A DNA stretch of 53,739 bases, the filler included, from Dirinaria sp. TL-2023a (Eukaryota), in the NCBI GenBank assembly GCA_051941275.1. It is 4 parts of 4 records of this genome, joined end to end, with 100 filler letters (N's around TTAATTAATTAA, not from the genome) between each part and the next. Parts side by side here need not be neighbours in the genome. Positions count along the whole stretch, not along the records: positions 13,464 to 26,824 come from JAVEBF010000695.1; positions 26,925 to 40,282 come from JAVEBF010000696.1; 2 more parts are not named here. One strand, given 5' to 3'. Position 1 is the stretch's first letter. Every line of letters starts with the position of its first letter. The notes beneath the pieces are model-generated. The model ran no database searches, was not told the origin of the DNA, and worked only from the letters and a program-made list of their open reading frames with translations. The translations under genes were made by a program, and so were the position numbers. This document shows, piece by piece, positions 22,701-33,689 of the stretch.

Positions 22701-25700
22701 GGAATGTACCAGGTCTTGTCCAGCGAGAACTGGACGATTCTAATGTATAACGCGACATCTTACGAGTACGAGTGGCAGACGTCCTGGATTGGAGCGACTT
22801 TCTTCGTTCTTTGGTTCATCCTAGCTAATTTCATTGTGTTGAATATGTTCATTGCAGTCATTCAAGAAAACTTCGACGTTACTGAAGACGAGAAGCGCTT
22901 GGAGCAGGTAAAGGCTTTCCTACACCAGAAAGAGCTTAGTGGCTCTTCGCATGGCATTCTTTCACTATCGACTATCTTTCGACTTGGTCGTGACCGTGAG
23001 CGCCGTAGAGATCCTCTCGACTATGGGCCTGCGACAATGGATATGCTTACGAAAGACGCCGTTGTGCGGGATTTCTTGGACGAACAACTAGATCCGACAG
23101 ACGACTCTACAGCGGATAGTGTTACTAACAAAGGTGACACGATGAGCTCAGTTAAAACTGGAGTGCTGTCAGCTGCATGGGGCAAGCTTTGCGCCTTCGT
23201 GGGCAAACGGGAGCCAAACCCTTTCTACTCACGATTCAAATTCTCCCGTGCCAAAGATGAGCTAGATCCACGCACAATGGCCAGAGAAGTCGTGTCTGCA
23301 CAAGAGCAACGAAAACGTGCTCAGCGCCAGTACTTACTGAAGCATCCAACCTACAATGTATCCTTGTTCATGTTTCGTCCGGGTCATCCCTTGCGGAGAT
23401 TTTGCCAACGTATTGTCGGCCCTGGGCGAGGCAGTCAACGCATAGAAGGTGTAGATCCGCTTAAACCTGTTTGGTATTCGTTCTCGGCTGTCATCTACGC
23501 CACGATTGTCGCCATGGTTTTGCTAGCCTGCATATCAACACCACTTTATCAGAAGGAGTATTTCGAGGCCCATTCGCCGTCTAACAACCCAACACACAAT
23601 TGGCGCGTATACGCCGGTAATTGGTTCGTGTGGACCGATGCGGCCTTCGCGGTCGTATTTACGATTGAGGCCGTCATCAAGGTCATTGCCGATGGCTTCT
23701 TCTGGACTCCCAATGCCTACTTTAGAGGTTCTTGGGGCTTCATCGATGGCCTGGTCCTTGTCACCCTCTGGATCAATGTCGGAGCTTCTCTCTCCTCAGA
23801 TGGTAGCGTATCGCGTGCAGTGGGCGCTTTCAAAGCTTTGAGGGCTCTGAGACTCCTCAACGTTAGTGACAGCGCAAGGGATACATTTCATTCGGTCATT
23901 ATCTTGGGCGGTTGGAAAGTTGTCTCAGTAAGTTCGCCATCGCTTTCTTGTATTGATGACATACTGAATGAATCTAGGCGGCATTCGTCTCTCTAAGTCT
24001 ATTGATACCCTTCGCCATATACGGTCTCAATCTCTTCAATGGACAGATGCTTAATTGCAACGACGGCTCTATTAGCAACTTGACGGAGTGTGTAGGCGAA
24101 TACAACAGTTCCCCGTATGGTTGGGAGGTCCTCGCACCAAGGCAAGTTGCTAACCCGTATTACAATTTTGACGAGTTTGGGAGCTCGCTTTCCATCCTTT
24201 TCCAGATCGTGTCGCAGGAAGGCTGGACCGATGTCATGTTCAGCGCGATGTCCGCCGCCGGCGTCGGGAACAATCCTCAGCCATTTAGTTCTCAGGGCAA
24301 TGCTGTGTTCTTTATTATCTTCAATCTGCTTGGAGCAGTCTTCGTGCTCACGCTATTTGTCTCTGTGTTCATGCGGAACTATACAGAGCAGACTGGAGTT
24401 GCCTTCCTGACAGCTGAACAGCGGTCATGGCTCGAGTTACGCAAATTGCTGCGACAAATCTCACCTTCCAAACGTCCATCTCAGAAGACTGAGAGGGAAT
24501 GGCGGCTGTGGTGTTATAGGATCGCAGTCAAGAAACATGGCAAGTGGCAAAGATTCATGACCGGAATCTTGTTCCTCCATCTGGTTCTACTGCTGCTCGA
24601 GTTCTATCCGGAAAACCACACCTGGGAGCTCACAAGAGGCAAGTGTGTGTTGCATATGTTTTGATCATTGAACGCTAACATTTGTAGATTGGTTCTTCGT
24701 GGCTTTCACTCTTGTCTACATTGCCAACAATATGATTCGAATAGCCGGCTTAACATGGACAAGATTTAGGAGAAGCTCGTGGGACCTCTACTCCCTTTTT
24801 ACCGTCACCGGCACTGTGATCACCACCTTGCTCCATCTCGCTGCACCTCATGACAGCCTCTATAAGCAACTGCAAAAGTATTTCCTTGTCTCTATCGCTC
24901 TTTTAATAATTCCGCGCAACAACCAATTGGACCAGCTATTCAAGACCGCCGCAGCTAGTTTTACGGCCATCGCTAATTTGTTAGCAACTTGGTTTGTGCT
25001 CTTCCTGGTTTACGCCATTGCCTTGACCCAAACCTTCGGCTTGACAAGATTTGGAAGTAACGAGACTGGGAACAAGAACTTTCGCAACGTTCCCAAAGCA
25101 CTCATCCTGCTGTTTCGCATGAGTTGTGGCGAAGGATGGAATCAAATCATGGAAGATTTCGCAACGATAACCCCGCCTAATTGTGTCTTGGTTGATGGTA
25201 ACTTCTTTGGAAGTGACTGCGGCAGCGCAGCGTGGGCTCGAACCCTATTCATTTCATGGAACATACTAAGCATGTACATCTTTGTGAGCTTGTTTGTCTC
25301 GCTCATCTTCGAGAGCTTTTCGTACGTGTATCAAAGAAGCAGCGGCATGTTCGTGCTCAGTCGCGACGAGATCAGAAGGTTCAAGCAGGCGTGGGCGACT
25401 TACGATCCGGACGGCACCGGTTATATTTCCAAGGATGTCTTTCCTCGATTACTTGGAGTAAGTCAAAATCGCATTGAAATTTTCGTTAGCAGCTAAGCAT
25501 TTTAGGAACTCTCTGGTGTTTTCGAAATGCGTATCTATAAGGACGAACACACGGTGTACAGTATTCTCCATGACTGCGTTGTCGAGACAAGAGGCACCGA
25601 AACCCCACCACCTGGTGTCGTACATGGTGTCGATCTGGCACGCCTTAATGACCGTATAAGGACCATCGACGTTGCTGACATTCGCCGGCGAAAGAGGCGG

Positions 25701-26510
25701 TTAGAGCTCTTCTTTCAGGAAGTGATGGTTCATGCGCCTCAAGATCGAGGTGTTGATTTTAGTGCCTGCCTGATGATCTTGGCCCACCATAACATCATTT
25801 CCGACAGCAAAAGCTTGAGGCTTGAAGAGTTCCTTCGACGCCGTGCGCGCCTTCAACGTGTAGAAGAGGAAGTAAATCGCCGCATCGTCAGAGGCTTTTT
25901 CGACACAATGTTCTGGAGTCGCCAATTCCGGTCCAGACTCGATCTCCGACACTCAGCTCGGATGACTGCGGTCCCACAGTTCGCGGTGCCCGAAATATTT
26001 GTCGACGATCAGAATGTTGTATCCCCGCAAGACAGCGAATTCTCTCCTCAGGCGTTGACAAGACCCGGCTCCATGCCGACAGAGGAGAGCAGAGGCCGGC
26101 AATCTGTTCAAGATCCAGAGAGTGGTGGCTTGCGTCGGCGTAACGAGTCGCGAGGCCCATCACCGTCGCGTTCCGATAGAAGCTACAGCGTCAGTCCGCA
26201 ACATTCGCCGCAGCGGCCGTCACTTTCCGTTGGTAGACAGTCCCTATCCGTACACAGACCATCGCATTCCGGTAGGAGTAGCGCAGGCGGCAGCAGCGGC
26301 TTCCAGTGGACCTTGGATGACACCTCTGATCTAGGCAACGCACGCCCGGTAAACCGCAGCAGAGCAGCGAGCTCGGTCAGCAGGCAAGACGTGCTGCAAG
26401 TGTTTGATGAAAGTGCATGGGGAGAGAGTATCCGGAGAAGCTTCACGCTCGGGAGAAACGCAACGCGAAGGAGGCGCGGAGGGAGTTCGTCGGGGGGCGG
26501 CGGAATCTAA
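19738..26510 (+). CDS. CCH1: High-affinity Ca2+ channel subunit Cch1 (four-domain voltage-gated channel family); introns 21385-21451, 22475-22526, 23928-23977, 24639-24687 (GC-AG), 25458-25505
   Basis: Four 6TM repeats with S4-like RILRLL, RIYRVV, KALRALRLL; pore motifs MSSNTF, SSENW, SQEGW, CGEGW (N-E-E-E); C-terminal EF-hand-like YDPDGTGYIS. All exon joins are in frame. Confidence 0.95.
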
Positions 26511-26824
26511 TAACAACGGGCATCTACCTTATCGGAAAACTATGTCTCTGACGAAAATAATGAATGAACTGGCATGGGAAAACAATTGGGAGAGGAGGGA
26601 CGGGACCATTGGGATAAAAGGGGGGAGAAAAACAAAGGAGACTGGGGCGCAAACTACACAGTCTTTGGGTTTTCCCCGGCGCGCGCGTGTGTGCATTTTC
26701 ATCAGGTTGGGGGACTTACTGCATAGCGATGGGGTGGTTTTTTTTTTTTTTTCCGGGCTGGCTGGCTAGTCGGGCGTTGGGAAAGAAAAATGAGGGAAAT
26801 CGAAAGGGATTGAAGGGGGGAACG

Positions 26825-26924
26825 NNNNNNNNNNNNNNNNNNNNNNNNNNNNNNNNNNNNNNNNNNNNTTAATTAATTAANNNNNNNNNNNNNNNNNNNN
26901 NNNNNNNNNNNNNNNNNNNNNNNN
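26825..26924. other. Artificial contig-joining linker
   Basis: N44-TTAATTAATTAA-N44. Confidence 0.98.
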
Positions 26925-26981
26925 TGCCGGATGAAATTAGTGCTCATACCCAACCAGCTGAATCATGAAGCCAGCACTTAC

Positions 26982-27532
26982 TGTGCGAAGCCGATCACTC
27001 ATTGCGCCTCGGACTGTGTCGTAGATGTCACCTGAGATACGCTTGACACCGCCTCGACGCGCCAAGCGACTGATATAAGATGTCAGTTATAAGAAACCCT
27101 TCATTCCAAGATCTAGAGAAAGGATATACCGGATGTCTCCCTTCGCTGTAATAGATGAGAGATCAGCACTCAAGCTCTAGGTACGCAAGGAATCAGCGAC
27201 GCGACTCACTGATGCCTTGTATCGAGTCTCTGACAATCTTCCTGCAGCTGCACGTCAGTCTTGTTCCTTTCCATCTGATCCACGCTTGTTCTCCACTTTG
27301 AGGAGCGGTAGCGTAATTGATCTTCAGACCTTGATTTGCATCGGCTTTGCCAGGTGTGGATGGATGTCTTATCCATCCGCACTGCCTTGAGCCTTGCCTC
27401 AGTCTGATCAACTCACCGGTGACGCTTGAATCCACCTTTGCCTAACCCCTTTCCCCCACTCCCCACCTTCCCTGAACGTGAAGGTGCCGAGGATGTTGGC
27501 TGGGCATTCCAGCTCGGGAAGATCTTCTTCAT
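26982..27532 (-). CDS. Divergent histone H4 variant, 3'-truncated by the contig end; exons 27532-27417, 27241-27210, 27145-27130, 27069-26982
   Basis: Spliced product [84 protein letters not shown]|. It aligns by eye to H4 ([42 protein letters not shown]). All introns are GT-AG and phase-consistent. Confidence 0.9.
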
Positions 27533-27645
27533 TGTTGCGGAGTGGAGCCAAGAGGTCTGTTGATATTGAAGTGTTTACGAAGTGGGTTTAGGTTTGGCGG
27601 GCGAGAAGTGGTTTAGCTTCAGGTGGGGTGGGATGAGATGGGTCG

Positions 27646-27658
27646 ACGCGTGACGCGC
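27646..27658. promoter_or_regulatory. Tandem MCB-like boxes (ACGCGT, ACGCGC) ~115 bp upstream of the H4-variant start
   Basis: gtcgACGCGTgACGCGCag; ACGCGT is the fungal MBF (G1/S) element. Motif match only. Confidence 0.4.
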
Positions 27659-27964
27659 AGAGGGTGGTGGGGGTGTGGGGTTCACTCATGAGGAAAATGG
27701 ATGAATTCTAGCAACGAGATTCTGGAGAGCAAGACTTGGTCGTAATGTCCCTTTTTTGATTTGCGTGGAGGCTACATGATCTCTACACGCATGCTCCGTC
27801 AACAAGAATTTGCTTTTCCCTTACCCATCATCCCCTAATTGTGGTCGATCGAAGAAAGTCGACAGAAGAAATTCCTACATAAGAACGAACCATCACAGAA
27901 CAAATACGTGGCTTGCCCTAGGTCTTCCTGAGCCTAGATTGGAAGCTTGGTTTTCAGATCTAAC

Positions 27965-29474
27965 CTAGCGTCGGATATGAGGATGTCCAAGTTGTCGGAT
28001 GTGAGCCCGCCTTATCTTGGAGCTGCTACTGCACTTCCCAAAGGCTGACTGGCACCCAGTGCCGCAGTAGTCCTCCGAGGTGCCGCAATATCCATGCGAG
28101 GAACAGCACATGCCCGTTGCGCAGCTGAGCCCGCCGTTGCTTCCGCAAGTATCGACCGAGCCTCCGCTATTTCCAGAAGATGAGGATGGGGAGGAGGATT
28201 TGGGGGATGAATAGGCCATCGGGCTGGCTGCCGGAGCTGAAGCCATTGGCGCTGGAGAGGAGTCATCAGATGTTTTCCCGGACGAAGACGCCGTCACACC
28301 CGGGCTGCTGAGCATGGAAGGCTTGGCCGGCATGTAGCTTGCTGCGGACGGAGGGCCCTTGGCGCTACCTTTGCAGGAAGCTTGGACACTGTCGCAGTAA
28401 TCCTCCCAGTTGTGGCAATTTTTGCTGCCTGTGGGACCGGCAGAATCGTAACAAGTCTTCGCTTGCGCCCAGCAATTCGAAGACGCCTTCCAACACGCGT
28501 CGGCGTCGGAGTAGCTGGGCAGCGTCATACCGCACCAATTATCGTTTTCCATGATACAGCCAGCGGGCTTGAGGCCGATGGTCTGCTCAGCCGGGGAATC
28601 GCGAACATCGAGATCGCGCTTGGAGCTGCCGGTGTAGGTTGGAGGGCCAAATTGTGGGAAAGGCAACTTCATAGGCTGATTCCAGATATTGAAAGTCATA
28701 GCTGGGTCGGTCATATGGACATAGCCTGGAATGGAGACTGTGTCTTTGGGCGCCGCTGTGCCGGTCGACTTTAAGAAGATCTGAGCACAACCGACGTAGA
28801 ATTGCGGATCCGGTGGGCTCTTATCAGCTTGGTGCAAGGCGAGGAGCTCGGGGCGCACCAGGTAGTATCCCCCGGCAAGGTCTTTCGGTATGTTGACAGA
28901 TAGGTGACCATCGTTGGGAATCAGTTTCTCGGTACACCATTTACCAGCGGCGCTGTCATAATCCTCTTCGAAGATCTTGAACCATCCATCTCCGGTTGCG
29001 GTATCGGTGACGGCGTTGTCAACCTTCTTCATGTAGACCGAGCAAGGACCCTTATGGCTGGTGTCGATGGAGCCTGGCTGGCTTCCATCAGGCCAGTCAC
29101 GCCACTCAAACGTCAGCTGAGAGCCTGCATTAGCTGGGCAAACACGAGCAACGCCGCTTTGGCCATTGACGCCTGGTCGATATATTAGCGAGTTACCTCA
29201 TAGGATGTGGGGGCTTGAAACAAGCAAAACCGTTGGGCAACAGCTTTTGCATGCGGAGGGCAGCAGACGTACCACATGCCATGTCATTGCTGGTAACGGC
29301 TCCGATGGGTCGAATAGGAAATGTGGCTTGGTCAATGTTATCGCTCATGCGAACGCAGGTACCGTCGCCTTGAGGGACATTATCGACGAAAAAGTTAGTA
29401 AAAGCTGTGTGAGCGTTGACGGCCCCAGTAGCAGCAATGACTAGCAGCACGCTGCTAATACCAGGAAGGTACAT
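27965..29474 (-). CDS. Secreted AA9 lytic polysaccharide monooxygenase + Cys-rich module + Ser/Pro linker + CBM18 (hevein-like chitin-binding); intron 29272-29173
   Basis: Signal peptide MYLPGISSVLLVIAATGAVNA followed by His1 (HTAF), second His in SHKGP, ELLALH...PQFYVGCAQI motif; C-terminal CGSNGGLSCATGMCCSSHGYCGTSEDYCGTGCQSAFGKC has the CBM18 cysteine pattern. Confidence 0.9.
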
Positions 29475-30753
29475 GGTAGCTAATATCTCTGACAACGGAT
29501 TCGGTAGGGTTTGCTGAGAATCGCTCAATGCACGAGCTTGACGGTCTAGAAATGAGCGTGTGGCAAGTCAATGCCAGGCAAATGAATGTATGATCAGATC
29601 ACAGATCTTGTCGGTGGAAGAGTTCGTCGAACTCTGGAGCTCCCAGAAGTTTAGTTTTGTTTGGGGGACGCGAGTATTTGTGTTGATAGTAACAAATGGT
29701 AAACACAGGCGATTCTCCCAGTCAATGTTGAAGCAGGTGACAAATGAGTGTAAATATCCTTCAAGGATAGTAAAGCAAAGGAATGTAACAGAGCGAGAAT
29801 TCTTCACAGAGCACCTACGTTGTACAAAGCAAGGTACAAGAAGGAAAAAAAAGGAAGACGCTTCATTATTTTAGAGTACGGAGTAGGAGTACTTGAGATG
29901 CGGAGAAGCACGGGTTGCGTTTACCCCCTGGCCCACCCACTCTTAGCCAGCTCACACTGCGTCCAAAGGATCGTCCGGTAACCAGCCTGTTCCTGAACCT
30001 GCATCCTGGTTTTGAGGCCTTACCTTAGTGCAAGGTTTCTTGGGGCATGCTTTTTAGCTGCGCAAGCCGATCAGATTCGCTCGCTTCCGAATGCTCTCTG
30101 GAGGAGAAGAGATGAAAGGACGCAGTCGGTTGGATGGGAGGGGCGAAGCTTAGCACCATTTGATCCAGATAGAACACACGCCAATCAAGTAGCGATGTCG
30201 ATGGTCTGCTTGTTGCTCTCCGGCACCACCGGGGCGGCGTTTCGAAACGTTCTAAAGGGCGCCAAATTGTAAGGAGTCGCGAGTCCATCGAGTGGTTTCC
30301 GGACCCCTGCTTCTCGCTTTACTTGCCTACCCGGGAATCCGAAATTCCGTCTAATGCACTTACTGTACTCGTATGTACATAAGGTAGGTGAAGGACTTAA
30401 GTAAGGTATGTACGAGGGTACCGATGTACGCAGCCCTTACTTTTACCTTGAACCATCTCAAAGGTCCGTGTCCTTTTGCATCATGAAGATGCACGGAAAC
30501 TACTGTACTGTAGACTCTACAAGAGCTGCAATGCCACGTACGAGGTGGGATTTTCATGACTAATAGCTATGAGAGTTCTGAAGATTCGCGGGATGGTTGA
30601 GCTACTTGTTTGCAGGGCTCCTGATATTCGTCAGATGGTGAGGGATCAGCTACTTAAGTGCCAACGATGACGAGAAGTATTCTCAGTATTCGTTCTCACA
30701 ACGAGCTTTTCATGTTTCATACTACCTACCTACATATACAGTTTCAGGATCCC

Positions 30754-32355
30754 CTACGTGCTTCCAGGTCCACCAAGCAATGCAAATCTTCTTACGATAC
30801 CTATTCACAATCAGCATTTGCTCCCAGTAGTGCAGCCTGGGTGCAACATCATGATGGAAGCCCTGAAGGAATACTTACTCGGCCCGATCTCATCGTACTC
30901 TGCTTTTGTATGGCAGTAACTCCTGAATTCAGGGGTCTGCCCTAATAAACTGCCTCCGAACCACGGTCCATGTCGTTGTCTCTTATGACTAATAACTTGT
31001 ACCTCCAGACCTCCGCTTCTCGCGCCTCCACTTCGCGCTTCTGAAGCGCGGATACGGTCATCGACGAGGTGTTTTATATCTCTCTGTAATCGTCTCCCAA
31101 AGTCTCGGTATAGCGTTGAGCCGCCGGACAAAACAATGTTCTTGTAAAGACCTCTGCGAACGTCAATCGGACTCTGCTGAATCACTCCATCAACAACGGT
31201 AGGTAGAGGAGTCAGGAAGTCACTCGAGTAAATTTCTGGGTTAAAGAAAATCTCGGGCGCGAGAAAGCGCTCGTATCCAACGTCTACGCTTAAAGTCCGC
31301 CCGTTCGACTGCTTGATGGTATGCTTCATGAACCGATTGGGCTCTTTATCAAACTTCGCAAACTCCTTCACCATGTCTGGACACACGTAGCAATACTCCT
31401 CTTTCACCCGCTCTGCCGTCTTGAGCGAACTGTCCGGCTCGCCTCGATCCCTCAGCAAAGACTGAACGAAATACGTGATATCTCGCCCAGCGATAGGTAT
31501 CGATTTAATGCTGCTGCCTATAACGTACCCCTCAGCAACTGGAATGACATGCGTGACACCATCGCCACTGTCGATGACGGTGCCGGTGAGAGAGCGGTCA
31601 GAGACTTTGGAGGAGGTCCATGAAGCGGCGAGCGCGAGGACAGCTTGCACAGCAATGTACAAGCCAGCGCAGTTGAAGGATTCGAACATGATCTCAGCGG
31701 TATTTTCCCGGTTTTCCGGCGGGTTGAGTGGGGGCTCTGTAAGGAGAAAGTAGTGATCTTCGGGTTCGACGCGCAGGTACTTGAATATGCTATTGGACCA
31801 GAAACGCTCCATGTGGTCCTAGTGGTGTTAGTGCGTCCATCATTCAAAGATTTTAGCATTCCAATGTACCCAGTTCTCCACCTGGCCATGCCGTACAGGG
31901 TAGTGCAAGCCATAGCCTTGCCTCTGTCAGCATTTGAATCGCTCTGTCATTGAATTTGACCCGTCGTACCAGGACCTGCAGCAGCTGTCACTGCTTCATC
32001 TCCAATGAAAAAATCTAGATCCTCAGTCCCCCTCTTCGCTGATAGATTACTTCCACTTGCGCCTCCAGTGAGAAATGATGGCTTGTTCGCTACGGCAGGC
32101 CGCCCCGAACCAGAGCCTCCGGTGCCTCCGACTCCGCCTTTCGTAGCTATTGCGGTGGGGAAGACGAAGGAAGGAGAATCGTTGCCGGCGAATCCTTACA
32201 GCCATCAGTCAAGTCTCACTGCAAATGTTGCAAGGGGTGACCAAACGTACCTAGCTTAGAGAAGCCAGTTCCACTATTTACATGTTAGCTGGGCTGCATT
32301 GTTTTTGGGAAACTCCGTACTTGTCAATGACAACGGCTGGCGTCTGGTTTGCCAT
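30754..32355 (-). CDS. ARP3: Actin-related protein 3 (Arp2/3 complex), multi-exon
   Basis: [36 protein letters not shown]..., [41 protein letters not shown], last exon [14 protein letters not shown]. Confidence 0.96.
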
Positions 32356-32605
32356 GAGCGCATGAAAAGAAAGGAGAGCGCTCCGATGCAGTCACAATAT
32401 AAATCTTCCGTCTTCTAAGCCATGTCAGAAGTGGGGACTTTTTACAAAGTTGCCTGGAAGTGGTACGAGTACCATAGCCGCGCGGTGGACCCTCGGCAAA
32501 ACCTTGTTGCGGCGCAAACTTCATGAAAAATCAAAATCTTGAGGTTCTTATGCGTACTGCAACAACCAGCTGGCAAGCGTCATCAGTCCTTCGAGTGCAG
32601 CAGAG

Positions 32606-33076
32606 ATGAGTGTATTATGACTAGTAACTCATTATGCGGATTACAAACTAATAAGGTTCTAGTTCGTACCGCTGAATCCGCGGCCTATGCTACAGTCACT
32701 GTACTTCTATCCTCCCGAGTCATGGATATGTATGCTTACAGCCACTGCAGAGTCAATGACGAAGTCATAGTGCGACTGAAATGGGGTCAGACGGAATATA
32801 AGGGAAGATTGATCAGCGTGGACTCTTATATGAACATTCAATTGGCGAACACCGAGGAGTTCATTGACGGGAAGAGCACCGGGGCATTGGGCCAAGTGCT
32901 GATACGGTTTGTCATCTTCAATACCCTGTGCCATGCGCATTTGAAAGACGAAAATGGATATCCGAATTCTGAGAGATTCATGGCTGATGTTTGGGCTCGA
33001 AAACAGGTGTAACAATGTACTATGGATATCTGGCGCAAAAGGGGCGAAGCAGGAAGATGCAGATATGCAGGGATGA
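32606..33076 (+). CDS. SMF: Small nuclear ribonucleoprotein F (SmF), multi-exon, divergent from ARP3
   Basis: [89 protein letters not shown]; Sm1 and Sm2 motifs. Confidence 0.93.
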
Positions 33077-33689
33077 AAGTGATAACCAAAACACGTTTAC
33101 ACTGGGGCCTAAGAGTTTGCAAGAGAGTGACCATAGCATGGGGCTCCCTAAACTATTCTTGGCGAGCAACAACTCGAGCCGCCAATCTAATCTATCAGAA
33201 CTGTCCAGCTACGATTGTTAGACAGCATCCCGAAGAAAGCAGTGATAACTGGCTGGGCTACTGTGAACATAGTCCTAGGCTTGTAAATACCTTTTAAAGA
33301 CCCAAAATCAAGTCAAAAGCGAAATTTCATACCTGTTCTCACACATTGAAGACATGGGTCTTCAAGTAGTCCATAAAGGTGTGTTCTTTGGATCATATTA
33401 TTCGAAAGTTCTCCTGAATTTTCCTCGGGGCAAAAGTCACGTGCCAGCGCGTGGGTAAAATTGCGCTAAGAACACCCCCGCGCGTCTACTGCACGACAGT
33501 ATTTCGTCCCAGCCTCCCTGGCTCCCTTCATTCTCTTTCCCTTTCTACACACCACACTTTGCGCGCCTCTTCAGCAATTTTCGCTCAATGAACTTCAATG
33601 GGATATGTCATAATCAACTCTGACCCGACCAATAGCTGCAAACTAACTCGCCAACTTCCACAGCCCCCGAAGTCCAAATACTCGATGGC

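Noticed and set aside
26510..27532. Functional linkage between CCH1 and the H4 variant, or other cross-linker neighbours
   Set aside because: Separated by an artificial linker; they are on different contigs.
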